A stretch of 64,000 nucleotides of DNA, from positions 12,047 to 76,046 of the forward strand of contig CAZUPO010000002.1 in the NCBI GenBank assembly GCA_964621595.1. Direction: 5' to 3'. The translations under genes were made by a program, and so were the position numbers. Shown one piece after another: positions 1 through 9,824 of this stretch (position 1 is the first letter of the stretch; every line of letters begins with the position of its first letter). Source of the stretch: an uncultured Candidatus Saccharibacteria bacterium. Its GTDB lineage: Bacteria; Patescibacteriota; Minisyncoccia; Phycocordibacterales; UBA5272. Under the pieces are notes generated by a model. It saw only the letters and a program-made list of their open reading frames with translations, did no database searches and had not been told where the DNA came from.

Positions 1-441
1 TTGAACGATAACTTGCTTTGCTGTTTGTGCAGCAATACGACCAAAATCATCTTGGTTGTCGAGGGGGAAGATGATCTCTTCGCCAAGTTCAGCATTTTTC
101 TTCAACATCTTTGCGGTTGTAAGCAAAATATGTCTTTCTTCGTTGTAACGTGGAAGAAGTTCTTCTCCTTCTTGCGGCACGACTGCGGTCTCTGCACTTT
201 CTTCATCTTCTGTAACCATACGAACAGTACTTTCGTCAGCAACGATCTTTACTTGTTCAAATGTCGTTTCGCCTGTATCAAAATTAATATTACAGCGAAT
301 GATCTGTCCTCGCTTACCATATTCTTTTTGGTATGCGGCTGCGAGAGATTTTTCAACAGCATCAACTACCTTTTCATGAGAAATTTTCTTTTCTTGTTCG
401 AGTTGCTCGAGGGCAACTTTGAGAGCTTTAATATCTAACAT
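1..441 (-). CDS. nusA: Transcription termination/antitermination factor NusA, N-terminal part; gene continues past window start
   Basis: Minus-strand frame from ATG (rc of 439-441) translates MLDIKALKVALEQLEQEKKISHEKVVDAVEKSLAAAYQKEYGKRGQIIRCNINFDTGE...FGRIAAQTAKQVIVQ (NusA N-domain plus start of S1). No stop before position 1. The listed + ORF 1..438 is its antisense shadow. Confidence 0.65.
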   Translation of the reverse strand, partial: MLDIKALKVALEQLEQEKKISHEKVVDAVEKSLAAAYQKEYGKRGQIIRCNINFDTGETTFEQVKIVADESTVRMVTEDEESAETAVVPQEGEELLPRYNEERHILLTTAKMLKKNAELGEEIIFPLDNQDDFGRIAAQTAKQVIVQ

Positions 442-583
442 ACTTTTAGTTATTCGTAATGTAGTAATTCTTTGGTGAATTACGGTCAATTTTTTAATAA
501 AAATGGCCGGCCACAGGGCCGACACACAACAGAAACACACACATCCAAGACACGAAATATATTATATCATAGATTTCCACACT

Positions 584-612
584 TTGCAAGTGGCTCTCTG
601 GTCTGTTAGTAT
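584..612 (+). promoter_or_regulatory. Putative sigma70 promoter for GC-rich cassette 1 (TTGCAA-N17-TAGTAT)
   Basis: -35 TTGCAA at 584-589, 17-nt spacer, -10 TAGTAT at 607-612. A 7-bp stem hairpin CTCCGAG/CTCGGAG lies at about 637-659 between promoter and SD. Confidence 0.4.
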
Positions 613-684
613 TACTAATTGAGTAGCACCTTTAATCCTCCGAGAGATCACCTCGGAGCCCACCCCCCAAAGAAGGAGGTCGTG

Positions 685-1254
685 ATGTCGAGAAAAACGT
701 ACGAGGTGGCAATTCCCTTCTCGATCAATCACCCCTTCCAGGGTGAAATCGAGCGGTGCGTGTGGGATTTGCAACTGGTGGTGCAAAACACGCTATCGTT
801 GCAATGGTGGGAAATACCCCGCTCCCCGCATATCGCGTTCCTGCCGCCCTTTCAAGCGGAAAAGAAAGACATGAGGAAGCAGGTTCCGGTCTTTCGAAGT
901 CGCATGGCTGACTGGAAATTGCCCAAGGCGACGCTCGGTAACGTCTGGTTGTGGGCGGCAGGGGACGGAACAATGGAACTCGTTCTTGGCGTCACCATGG
1001 AGGAATCGTTCCTTCGCCACGCGCAAAGGATCTGCGCCGAGATGTGGGGGGTGGGGAAATATTTCAGCCCCCGTATCACGGTCGGGAGAGGACAAAGTAG
1101 CGGACTCTCGATCGAGGAAGTGAACGCGCGCTTGCAGGCCAATGGACTGGATGAAGTCTCGGCCAAGGTGGCCGGTGCCCGCTGTCTGGACATTCCGCTT
1201 CCGGAGGCCTGCGAGGTGTTGGAATCGGGCGGTGTGCTGGGGTTGACTTACTAA
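685..1254 (+). CDS. Hypothetical protein in GC-rich cassette 1; possibly a degenerate 2H phosphoesterase (LigT-like) fold
   Basis: SD AAGGAGGT at 670-677, 5 nt before ATG at 685. The track ORF 619..1254 begins upstream of the SD. GC-rich codons. Two motifs at LigT-like spacing, HIAFL and RITVGR (compare HxTx...HxTxxR). Confidence 0.5.
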   Translation: MSRKTYEVAIPFSINHPFQGEIERCVWDLQLVVQNTLSLQWWEIPRSPHIAFLPPFQAEKKDMRKQVPVFRSRMADWKLPKATLGNVWLWAAGDGTMELVLGVTMEESFLRHAQRICAEMWGVGKYFSPRITVGRGQSSGLSIEEVNARLQANGLDEVSAKVAGARCLDIPLPEACEVLESGGVLGLTY

Positions 1255-1332
1255 ACCCCACCCCGCGGCATTTGATTCCAAACAAATAACAACCAATCTT
1301 GGGCGGATAGGAGGACCGCACCAAGATGTAAT

Positions 1333-1360
1333 GGGCCGCGCAAGTGCGCGGCCCATTTTC
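1333..1360. terminator. Rho-independent terminator, bidirectional position
   Basis: GGGCCGCGC-AAGT-GCGCGGCCC perfect 9-bp stem followed by ATTTTC. Sits between the convergent cassette-1 CDS and the ABC ATPase gene. Confidence 0.6.
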
Positions 1361-1386
1361 AAATATAAAAATTATTGAGAGTACTA

Positions 1387-2064
1387 TTATCCAACAACCA
1401 TCCCATCAGAGAGTTTGATGATGCGGTCGGCGAGTTTGCCATACTCTTCTTCGTGAGTCACCATGACAATGGTCAATCCTTCTTCTTTGTTTAATTTTTT
1501 AAAAATATCCATAACATTCCTTGAAGAGAAAGAATCGAGGTTGGCGGTTGGTTCGTCGGCAAATAAAATTTTTGGCTTGTGTGTTACAGCACGCGCAATC
1601 GACACTCGCTGCTGTTCTCCACCAGAGAGTTCTGATGGAAGATTATTTTGTCTGTGATCAAGATTAACACTTTTAAGAACTTCAAGCGCTCGAGTCTTGG
1701 CATGTTCCATAGTAATACCCTGCATAAGAAGAGGAACCATAATATTTTCAAGGGCGGTTAACTCCGGGAGCAACGAATAATCCTGGAAAACATATCCGAG
1801 TTCTGTAAGGCGGTAGTGTGTTTTCTCTTCATTGTTAAGGCGATCCACGATACGACCACTTAATTTAATAGAACCTGAGGTTGGAGTATCTAGAAGTGAC
1901 ATTTGATACATGAGTGTAGACTTACCAGCACCTGAACGTCCCATGATTGCAACAAATTCACCCTCTTCGACAGTAAGTGATATTCCCTTCAAAACCTGTG
2001 CGACCTCTGTGCCGTCGGTAAAACTTTTTGTTAACTCATGGACTTCGATAATGTGTTTTTTCAT
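1387..2064 (-). CDS. ABC transporter ATP-binding protein (MacB/LolD-like)
   Basis: Walker A GRSGAGKST, ABC signature LSGGEQQRVSIARA, Walker B ILFADEP. Confidence 0.9.
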   Translation of the reverse strand: MKKHIIEVHELTKSFTDGTEVAQVLKGISLTVEEGEFVAIMGRSGAGKSTLMYQMSLLDTPTSGSIKLSGRIVDRLNNEEKTHYRLTELGYVFQDYSLLPELTALENIMVPLLMQGITMEHAKTRALEVLKSVNLDHRQNNLPSELSGGEQQRVSIARAVTHKPKILFADEPTANLDSFSSRNVMDIFKKLNKEEGLTIVMVTHEEEYGKLADRIIKLSDGMVVG

Positions 2065-2073
2065 ATAGATGTT

Positions 2074-3402
2074 TTAATCATTTCTACCAAGAATTGCGTT
2101 TAGGGTGTTCTTGCTTACGATGAGTCGTGCTGGTAAATACCCTGCAAGAACAGACACGCCGAGCACCAAGATAAATTTAATGGCGACCGAGAGAGGTTCC
2201 GCAACGAGCACAATACTTGCAAAAGGAGTATCGATTGGGTATCGGTCAATAAGTGGTTTTAGGAATGCAAATATAAACACAAGAGCACAGAGTGAACCTA
2301 TCACAACATAAAATAATGCTTGGCAGATATAACTAAACTCAATAGCGAATTCAGTTACACCTATACCTTTCATAATCCCGATTTGTCTACGACGGGTAAG
2401 TGCATTGATGTAAATAATAATAAAGATGGTGATAAGAGCAACCACAACAGAGACAGAACCAAGGATTGTGCCTATAATATTAAAAAATAATTTTATGTTA
2501 ACCAAAAACTCTGGCGCCCCTTCTTCGGCAGTATTTATTTTTGCATACTGAGAAAATCCATTATTTACCAGTGGCATTTTTATAATGTACGGATCAACAC
2601 CTGGTTTTACGCGAATGGCTATCTCGGAAACGTCTCCATCACTTTTTCCTAGCATCTTTTTTAATTCACTATCGAGAATGTACGCACGTGATGCCACGAA
2701 GGCGACTTTTGAATCTATAATTCCTCGTACAATGAAGTCTTGTGTAACGGAAGAACTTTCATCAAGTGTTGTTTCTAATTCTCGACCAGGATTACCGGGG
2801 GTAAACGCAGCTTTCGCACGTGAAACCGTTACGCGAACTGTGCTGCCTGGCTTTACGTCTCGAAGAAGCGACACAAGATCCGCAACGCGAGAGTACTTTT
2901 GGAGATATGCGGAGCCAAGCACAATCCCGCGCGCGTCTCCTTCTTTCAACCACTCACCCTCAACAACAGCACCTGAGAGGCGTGTTGTTGACTCTTCGGA
3001 CACAGGGTCGACACCAGCAATTTGATTACTAACCACGTTGGCGTCTTCTTCGCTTCTTTTTTCCCACCAATTTGCTTCTATTTTTGCTCCGGCAACTATT
3101 CGTTTACTGAAACTCTCTACTTCTTGAAATGATGAGAGCAGACTCGTAATATCTCCGGTTCTCTCTATATAGTTCTTTTCATTTCTGTTGTTAATGAACA
3201 AATCCCCGGTCCACTGCTCTTTGAACGCACGAGATGATCCTTCGATAATACCAACAAGGAACCCACTCGTTGCAACCAGATTAAAAAAGGTAAGCATCAT
3301 GATAAACACGATGAGTCCTGTTGTCCATTTACTGGTACGTAACACCTGGCGAATGGCTAAGAAAAAGCCGAGTCTGATTGTATTTTTAGTTCGAGAGAAC
3401 AT
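2074..3402 (-). CDS. ABC transporter permease, FtsX/MacB family
   Basis: 442 aa. N-terminal TM, large periplasmic region, C-terminal cluster of TM helices. Directly upstream of the ATPase gene. Confidence 0.8.
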   Translation of the reverse strand: MFSRTKNTIRLGFFLAIRQVLRTSKWTTGLIVFIMMLTFFNLVATSGFLVGIIEGSSRAFKEQWTGDLFINNRNEKNYIERTGDITSLLSSFQEVESFSKRIVAGAKIEANWWEKRSEEDANVVSNQIAGVDPVSEESTTRLSGAVVEGEWLKEGDARGIVLGSAYLQKYSRVADLVSLLRDVKPGSTVRVTVSRAKAAFTPGNPGRELETTLDESSSVTQDFIVRGIIDSKVAFVASRAYILDSELKKMLGKSDGDVSEIAIRVKPGVDPYIIKMPLVNNGFSQYAKINTAEEGAPEFLVNIKLFFNIIGTILGSVSVVVALITIFIIIYINALTRRRQIGIMKGIGVTEFAIEFSYICQALFYVVIGSLCALVFIFAFLKPLIDRYPIDTPFASIVLVAEPLSVAIKFILVLGVSVLAGYLPARLIVSKNTLNAILGRND

Positions 3403-3472
3403 GCAAGATATACAGAGTATACCAGCAAGAAGCCTTACAACCCCCGTTCACTCATAACCACTGTGTGGAAAA

Positions 3473-5095
3473 TTAGTTTTCCTTTTGTGCAGCGCGAGTA
3501 CCAATCTCCGGCATAAGAAGAACGTCCCCTGGTTTGAGCCCTCCTGTTATTTCAATGAGACCATCTGCGCCCCTCATACCGAGTGATACGGATTGAATAA
3601 CTTCTCGTTTATCGTCTTGGAGAATAACAGATCCGAAAGTATCGTTTGTTGTTGTAACAAAACGAGCGGGAACAGCAATGGCGGAAACTTTTGACTGGGT
3701 CACAATGTTTACGTTTGCAGTCATGCCAGACTTGATACGATCATCGTGTTCCTTGAATGTTATGGTCACTTTATACATCGGAACCGTTCCTTCTGTGGTT
3801 GCTGTTGGAGAAATACGAGTAACGGTCGCTGGGAAAACTGAACCCTTTCCGTACGCATCAAGGGTTACCTCTACTTCGCTTCCCTGTATAACTTTTACTA
3901 TATCAATCTCAGGTACTTTTGCTTCTATTTCAAAAGCGTCTGCCCCAATCATGGTAATGACAGTTTTACCAAGTGTTGCTGTTTCTCCTTCTGTAGCAGA
4001 GACATCACCAATAATACCGTCAAACGGTGCTACTATTTTTGTTTTTGAAAATGCCTGGCGCGCTTGCATAAGATTCGCCTCGTATTGTGTAACGACGGCT
4101 GCTTGGGCTTTTATTTTGTATGGATCGGTACCAGCCTTTGTGAGATCAAGGTCTCGCGCTGCTTGCGTATACGTATTTTTCGCCGTTGTGAGGGAGGTTC
4201 GTTTGGTACTAAGATCAGAGAACAATGTTGTCATTGTCGTGCGAACTGTTGAAAGGGTTGTACGATACGTATCGAGTGAACTATTTTGCACACTACACGC
4301 AGTAAGAAGAAGATTAGAGATATTACCAATAAGGGCATTAGTTTGTACTGTGGCGTTGTAACCCTCCTCAATAACCGCATCAATTGAGTCACGGGTAGAG
4401 ATGGTAGTGATTGTTGAACTTTTTTTCTGATATGAAGCAAGGATGTTTTCTATATCTGTTCTTCCTTTTTCTATAACGGATTGAAGTGACTGATCACAAG
4501 AAGTAAACGAGAGTACATAGTGATCTCCCTGACTAATAAAAAGTCCCGCCAACTTATTCTTGAGCACATCTCCGGTTGTTGCTTCAACATTACGAATCAC
4601 GTCAGGAATAACAAGATAGGTTTGATCGAGTGAATCCTTTGCGTTTTGATATGTCTGCTCTTTGATGGCAATCTCTTCTTTGCGTGGTCCTTCTTTGAGT
4701 TGATCTAGCGTGATGTTCGCATTAGCAAGCACAGCCTCCGCTGAGAGAACTGCCGCCTCTTGGTCTCCTGAAGAAAGACTTGCTAAGGTTTGATTCTGAC
4801 GAACACGATCTCCTGTTTTTACAAAGACTTTTGAGATGGTTCCGGATGTCTGAAAGGAGAGGGAGGCATCTTTGGAAGACTGTACACTTCCAGAGACTTG
4901 AACATACTGCTTAATTGGGATCATGGAAACTGTATAACTTTCTTTTTCTTTCTTGTGTGTGCCCATATAGGCGAAAAATGCTACCGCAACGACGCACGCA
5001 AGGAGCGCAGCGTATCTCCCTGATTTATGAGAAATATGGTACAGGGCGCCGTGTAAAAAACGTACGTGCTTATGAGCACTTTTCAATGAATCCAT
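3473..5095 (-). CDS. HlyD/MacA-family membrane fusion (periplasmic adaptor) protein
   Basis: N-terminal TM anchor, long coiled-coil/beta-barrel-like body. First gene of an adaptor-permease-ATPase operon. Confidence 0.7.
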   Translation of the reverse strand: MDSLKSAHKHVRFLHGALYHISHKSGRYAALLACVVAVAFFAYMGTHKKEKESYTVSMIPIKQYVQVSGSVQSSKDASLSFQTSGTISKVFVKTGDRVRQNQTLASLSSGDQEAAVLSAEAVLANANITLDQLKEGPRKEEIAIKEQTYQNAKDSLDQTYLVIPDVIRNVEATTGDVLKNKLAGLFISQGDHYVLSFTSCDQSLQSVIEKGRTDIENILASYQKKSSTITTISTRDSIDAVIEEGYNATVQTNALIGNISNLLLTACSVQNSSLDTYRTTLSTVRTTMTTLFSDLSTKRTSLTTAKNTYTQAARDLDLTKAGTDPYKIKAQAAVVTQYEANLMQARQAFSKTKIVAPFDGIIGDVSATEGETATLGKTVITMIGADAFEIEAKVPEIDIVKVIQGSEVEVTLDAYGKGSVFPATVTRISPTATTEGTVPMYKVTITFKEHDDRIKSGMTANVNIVTQSKVSAIAVPARFVTTTNDTFGSVILQDDKREVIQSVSLGMRGADGLIEITGGLKPGDVLLMPEIGTRAAQKEN

Positions 5096-5173
5096 GCATG
5101 GAAGTGTATCACGTTTGAACTCTTAGCCCCTGAGGATAGTGACGCCTGTGATATACTTCATTGAAGAAATTTT

Positions 5174-5947
5174 ATGGCAAAATTCACATCACCTCTTATA
5201 GTCGGCAACTGGAAGACAACACCAGACACACTCGCAAGTGCAGTAAAGTTCGTAAAGCAACTTGAACGAAAGTGCCTAACACTTGGTAAAAAAGTTCCAA
5301 AGAAATGTTACTTTATTGCAACACCTGATATTTTTATACCCCATCTTGCACCACTTGCTAAACATGGCTACATTGGATCACAAAATGTTTCTGGCATAAC
5401 GCTCGGTCAAGAAACTGGGTTTACAATTCCTTCTCAGTTACTTTCCGGTGGTGCGGCCTTTACAATTATTGGTCACAGTGAGGTGCGAAAACGGGGTGAA
5501 CATACTGAAGACCGAGCAAAAAAACTTTGTCTTTCTTTGCAAGCAAAACTTCCGACAATACTCTGTGTTGGTGAAAAGGTGCGGGATAAGCATGGCAACT
5601 ACCTCCAAGAGTTAGAGGAAGATCTCAAACGATCTCTTGCGTTGGTAGAGCGAAGATTTTTTGAAAATCTTATTATTGCATATGAACCAATTTGGGCCAT
5701 TGGTGGGAAGGTGCCCGCAACACAAGCAGAATGTTTTGAGGTTGTCATCGCAATACGCCGAGCACTTGCCTCTCTTTCTGGAATTGATCATGCAAAAAAA
5801 ATAAAGATTCTCTACGGAGGAACCGTGAAAAAAGACAACGCTAGATCGTTCCTTGAAGAGGGCGGGGTTGATGGTTTGCTCATTGGTAGATCCTCCCAAG
5901 AAGTCTCATCCTTTGTGGAAATTATTAGTTCTTGTTACTCTTCTTAG
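5174..5947 (+). CDS. tpiA: Triosephosphate isomerase
   Basis: IVGNWK, IIGHSEVR, AYEPIWAIGG and YGGTV motifs. Confidence 0.9.
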   Translation: MAKFTSPLIVGNWKTTPDTLASAVKFVKQLERKCLTLGKKVPKKCYFIATPDIFIPHLAPLAKHGYIGSQNVSGITLGQETGFTIPSQLLSGGAAFTIIGHSEVRKRGEHTEDRAKKLCLSLQAKLPTILCVGEKVRDKHGNYLQELEEDLKRSLALVERRFFENLIIAYEPIWAIGGKVPATQAECFEVVIAIRRALASLSGIDHAKKIKILYGGTVKKDNARSFLEEGGVDGLLIGRSSQEVSSFVEIISSCYSS

Positions 5948-5987
5948 GTACTAGTCTTACATTTTTAATACGCACCACACCAAAACT

Positions 5988-7115
5988 ATGAATACAACCT
6001 GGCGATCACATCAAGCACCTGATCCAAAAGATCTGCACGACAAAAGGGTACTGATTCGACTTGATTGGAATATGCCAGTTACAAATGGTGAGATCACAGA
6101 TTTGAGCCGTTTCGATGTAACAGTTCCTTACTTAAAAGAACTTGCGTTTGCTGGCGCGAAGATTATAATCATGACCCACTTTGGGGAAAAGGGTGAGTCG
6201 CTGAAAGTTATTGCTGATCACGCCAAAAAAGAGTTGCCTTTCATTTCTTTCACCGAATCACAACAGTTCGACGAACTAGAAAAACTTTCTCGAGATCTTC
6301 CTCGTGGCGAAGCTCTTTTGCTTGATAATGTTCGGTTATTCAAGGGAGAAACAGACAACCTTCCTTCTCTTGCACAATCGTTTGCAAACTTAGGTGATGT
6401 GTTTATCAACAATGCATTTTCTGTATCGCACAGATCTCATGCAAGTGTTGAGGGTGTCGCAAGAAAAATGGCTTCATACTTTGGTCCTACGTTTATGAGA
6501 GAACTTGAAAACCTCACCAAGGCGCTTGCTCCTGTAAAACCCGCGATCCTTGTTGTCGGTGGAGCAAAAATTTCGACAAAATTAGATCTTATCAAACAGT
6601 ATCTTGATCAGGGTGTGCAAGTGTTCGTTGGTGGAGCTATGGTACATAATATTTGGAAAGAACGTGGTCTTGAGATTGGGAAAAGTTTATACGACCCTTC
6701 ATATAAACTCGCTGAGTCTTTCGTGCGACACCCCATGCTTCTAACCCCGGTGGATGTAGTGCTCGCGGATGGTAGTACGTGTGATTTTGATAAAATTCCA
6801 ACTGATGGTGTGGTGGTTGATTGTGGTAATAAAACAGTTGCCATGCTTGAACAAATCATGAAAGATGCAAAGACTGTTATAGCAAACGGTCCGCTTGGGC
6901 TTTATGAGAAGGGTTGGCTTCATGGGAGTGAACAGATCCTTACAAACTTATCTAATTTACCCGTTGATTCTTATATAGGCGGAGGAGATACCGTATCCGT
7001 TGCTCACTCTCTTCATCTTTTAAAAAAGTTTACATTTGTCTCTCTTGGTGGGGGGGCGATGCTTGATTTTCTTGCTTCTGGTACACTTCCTGGCATAGAT
7101 GCTGTCACAAAATAA
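5988..7115 (+). CDS. pgk: Phosphoglycerate kinase
   Basis: KRVLIRLDWNMP N-terminal motif, IIMTHFG and VVGGAKISTKLDLI motifs. About 375 aa. Confidence 0.9.
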   Translation: MNTTWRSHQAPDPKDLHDKRVLIRLDWNMPVTNGEITDLSRFDVTVPYLKELAFAGAKIIIMTHFGEKGESLKVIADHAKKELPFISFTESQQFDELEKLSRDLPRGEALLLDNVRLFKGETDNLPSLAQSFANLGDVFINNAFSVSHRSHASVEGVARKMASYFGPTFMRELENLTKALAPVKPAILVVGGAKISTKLDLIKQYLDQGVQVFVGGAMVHNIWKERGLEIGKSLYDPSYKLAESFVRHPMLLTPVDVVLADGSTCDFDKIPTDGVVVDCGNKTVAMLEQIMKDAKTVIANGPLGLYEKGWLHGSEQILTNLSNLPVDSYIGGGDTVSVAHSLHLLKKFTFVSLGGGAMLDFLASGTLPGIDAVTK

Positions 7116-7680
7116 AGACTCGTCGGTTATATCTTCTGTAGGGGATGCTGTTGCCCTTAAAAACCTCATTATACAAGCCAAATCTGGTAATAAAGAGGCG
7201 TTTGGTGGCGTCTACTCCATGCTCTACAAACCGCTCTATAGATATGCCTTCTCCCGATCACGGTCAAAGGAGTTGGCAGAAGACATTTCTCAGCAAACGT
7301 TCCTTCGTTTTTACGAAGCACTTCCCGGATATAAACACGAGACGTCTCCGCTTGCCTATCTCTTCACCATTGCAAAGCGACTCCTCATCAATCATGCAGA
7401 AAAGAAAACTTTTTCTTCGATTGATGAGTATCTGATTGAAGAACTTCCTGCGCAAGACGACATTCTCGAGGAAGAGCATGTGCGGATACTCGCGGAGAAC
7501 ATAAATGATCTTTTGCCAAAACTTCAACCCGATGAAGAAGAAGTAATCAGACTCTTTTTCTACGCAGAACTTTCGTACAAAGAGATAAGTGCTGTTATGG
7601 ATCGTGAAGAAGTGTATCTCCGCAAGATAAAGGAGCGTGCACTCAAGAAATTGCGCATACTATCTCGTCATCTTCTATGA
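7099..7680 (+). CDS. ECF-type RNA polymerase sigma-70 factor
   Basis: Sigma70 region 2 (YRYAFSRSRSKELAEDISQQTFLRFYEAL) and region 4 (EEVIRLFFYAELSYKEISAVMD). Overlaps the pgk 3' end by 17 nt. Confidence 0.8.
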   Translation: MLSQNKDSSVISSVGDAVALKNLIIQAKSGNKEAFGGVYSMLYKPLYRYAFSRSRSKELAEDISQQTFLRFYEALPGYKHETSPLAYLFTIAKRLLINHAEKKTFSSIDEYLIEELPAQDDILEEEHVRILAENINDLLPKLQPDEEEVIRLFFYAELSYKEISAVMDREEVYLRKIKERALKKLRILSRHLL

Positions 7681-8012
7681 CAAAAACCCCACATCAAAAA
7701 ACAATAGAGCAAGCGCTTCACATGTATAAGGAGACCGTATCGCCCTCCGAAAAAAATCTTCAAGTACTTTTGTCTCAAATACCAGAGCAACACAATCACG
7801 AAGTGCGGCGAGCGGTACGCTCCCCTTATATATGGGTTACTATTACTCAAGTGGTTACTGTTTTTGCCATTGTGCTTGTTTTCTTGCCTTCGTATACAAC
7901 ACCTTCATATGAACGAGATCCATTTTATACAATTGATACTCAAGTAGACTCTTTTGAACAAGGGTTAGACACCGAGGACGCAATTCGCAGTTTGGAAGAT
8001 GTTGCTTTATAA
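7677..8012 (+). CDS. Putative membrane-anchored anti-sigma factor
   Basis: ATGA overlap with the sigma factor stop. Single TM helix YIWVTITQVVTVFAIVLVFL. Inferred from position only. Confidence 0.4.
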   Translation: MTKTPHQKTIEQALHMYKETVSPSEKNLQVLLSQIPEQHNHEVRRAVRSPYIWVTITQVVTVFAIVLVFLPSYTTPSYERDPFYTIDTQVDSFEQGLDTEDAIRSLEDVAL

Positions 8013-8029
8013 TACATACTACTAACCCT

Positions 8030-8566
8030 ATGAAACCACTCCTTATACCATTCGTTACTGCGGCCCTGCTTCTGCCAATATGTACCTTTGCACAAACGGC
8101 AAGCACCACTCCGGTGGTCACTAAGAACCAGTCTTTTGTGGATTGTTCTGAGAAAGCAATAGACGCTCGGGACGAATCAATAAAAACTGCGCGGAATCTC
8201 TATAACAAAGAAATGGAGAAAGCGATGATCATAAGAAAAGATTCAGAGAAAAAAATTCTTCTCATTGAAAATGACGCGGATAAGAAGGTTGCACTTAGGA
8301 AAGCGGTCGAGGAATATAAACGCACAGTCACAGAAAACCAGGGCAATCTCAAGGAATCACGCGAGTTAATTTGGGCTGCTTTTGATAAAACAATAGAGCA
8401 ATGCCGTACCCAAAGAAAAAATGCTCAGAAATCAGAGGTTTCTATAAAAAAACAGGTGGAGCAAAAAAGTATTTCTCAAGAGGGGCGGGCAGAGGAGAAG
8501 GAAAGCAGGGGGGCTTCATTAATTAATTCGATTAAACAAACATTCGGAGCAACTCGTGGACATTGA
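8030..8566 (+). CDS. Secreted hypothetical protein, K/E-rich, two Cys
   Basis: Signal peptide MKPLLIPFVTAALLLPICTFAQT. Helical K/E-rich body. Confidence 0.5.
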   Translation: MKPLLIPFVTAALLLPICTFAQTASTTPVVTKNQSFVDCSEKAIDARDESIKTARNLYNKEMEKAMIIRKDSEKKILLIENDADKKVALRKAVEEYKRTVTENQGNLKESRELIWAAFDKTIEQCRTQRKNAQKSEVSIKKQVEQKSISQEGRAEEKESRGASLINSIKQTFGATRGH

Positions 8567-8598
8567 TACGCTTGGCCACATGATATACTTTTTCTACT

Positions 8599-9000
8599 AT
8601 GAATAAAGTTAATCTTGTTGTGGCTGTTGTAATTTCTTCCTTATTTATTACACATGCCGCCACCTACAATAAAGAACTCTACACACAATGTGAGCGTGTC
8701 GCGCACGAGAAAAAAAATTCTCTCTTAGCAAAAGGGCTGAAAGACTACACTAAACGAAGCGAGGAGATTCGTCGCAAGGCGGCCACGAAGTTTACCTCTA
8801 TCAGTTGGTACGTAGACACCTCATATCGCCTGAATTCAAAACAGATTCTCGACGCCAGAAAGAAAGAATATGACGAACTAGACGCAACAATGAAGGAGTT
8901 GCGAAAAGGGGTTAACGAAACGTACAAAGCAGAAGAGGCGCTGTGTGAACTAAACTTTTTACAAAAGGATACAACGACAAAAACTTCTTCCCCGAAATAG
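8599..9000 (+). CDS. Secreted hypothetical protein, likely paralog of 8030..8566
   Basis: Signal peptide. Same two-Cys K/E-rich architecture as the upstream gene. Confidence 0.5.
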   Translation: MNKVNLVVAVVISSLFITHAATYNKELYTQCERVAHEKKNSLLAKGLKDYTKRSEEIRRKAATKFTSISWYVDTSYRLNSKQILDARKKEYDELDATMKELRKGVNETYKAEEALCELNFLQKDTTTKTSSPK

Positions 9001-9005
9001 AACTC

Positions 9006-9824
9006 TTAAGATTTTTTTACTAGTTCTTTCTTTTCAATCATTTCTCGTATTCTCTTGTTGGCATCAACCTTTACACCATGGTCTTTTATAAATGAATACA
9101 TCGCGAGTATCATTTTTTGAATATCACTGTGTCGTATTTCTATGACGAGCTGATCGTCGAGTGCCAAAAGATACAGCGAATCCTTAAAAGCAAATATTTG
9201 CCCTGAGTGGTTAAAATATTTCTTATCAGCATACACGGTGGAACTTGTTCTTCCTTCATAGTCCCTTGCCCACTCATCGCCGAGTGCATTAAAATGATCT
9301 TCTAACCACCCCATAGGAACGATAAGTTCTGTTATAAGAGAATTCTTTTTAATTATTCTGTTTGTTTCGTTAATTTCTTCTTGGGTAAATGTTGCAAGCC
9401 AACTCTCAAGAGGTGTCACGTCGGTGAGCGCAAGGAATCGTTCTTGCTTGTGGGCCATAAACATCGTAAAAAATATTTTTCTTACTGCCTCTTTTCCTCG
9501 ATGTACTACAATTGTGCTGTCTTCTACTCCAACAACCTCTTCACGCCCATCACTTAACTGTAAAAGTGACTTTTTTAATTCATAAAGTGTTTCTGCTAAT
9601 TCTTTACTGTTTGTAAAATGCCAAGACTTTTTTCCTTCAAGGATTCGTGAGTCCGCAATTCCTCTCTTTTTAAGTTTTTGTAAAATAACATACACGGCTG
9701 GTCTTGTAACCTTTGTATGTCTAGCAATGGAAAGGGGTGTAATGTGCCCCTTTTGTAGCGCCTCAAGTACTTTTTGTTCTTTGTTAGATAAACCTAGTAT
9801 GTGTAACTTTTTTTGTATTTCCAT
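9006..9824 (-). CDS. Putative HTH transcriptional regulator (TrmB/MarR-like N-terminus)
   Basis: N-terminal winged-helix-like segment LSNKEQKVLEALQKGHITPLSIARHTKVTRPAVYVILQKLKKRGI. Confidence 0.5.
   Translation of the reverse strand: MEIQKKLHILGLSNKEQKVLEALQKGHITPLSIARHTKVTRPAVYVILQKLKKRGIADSRILEGKKSWHFTNSKELAETLYELKKSLLQLSDGREEVVGVEDSTIVVHRGKEAVRKIFFTMFMAHKQERFLALTDVTPLESWLATFTQEEINETNRIIKKNSLITELIVPMGWLEDHFNALGDEWARDYEGRTSSTVYADKKYFNHSGQIFAFKDSLYLLALDDQLVIEIRHSDIQKMILAMYSFIKDHGVKVDANKRIREMIEKKELVKKS

Noticed and set aside
1-438. Track ORF on + strand (145 aa, Cys/Leu-rich)
   Set aside because: The reverse strand in the same region gives a clean NusA N-terminus starting at an ATG. The + ORF is an antisense shadow.
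503-513. 10-bp perfect palindrome TGGCCGGCCA upstream of nusA, considered as an operator
   Set aside because: It is isolated, with no second half-site or associated regulator visible. It may simply be part of the left boundary of GC-rich cassette 1.
725-1362. Multiple overlapping antisense and alternate-frame ORFs inside the GC-rich cassettes (also 49857..50426, 50439..51104, 50678..51181, 60692..61090, 15362..15640)
   Set aside because: High-GC DNA has few stop codons, so long spurious ORFs appear in all frames. Only the frame with an SD at the correct spacing and a coherent protein (signal peptide or domain motifs) was kept.
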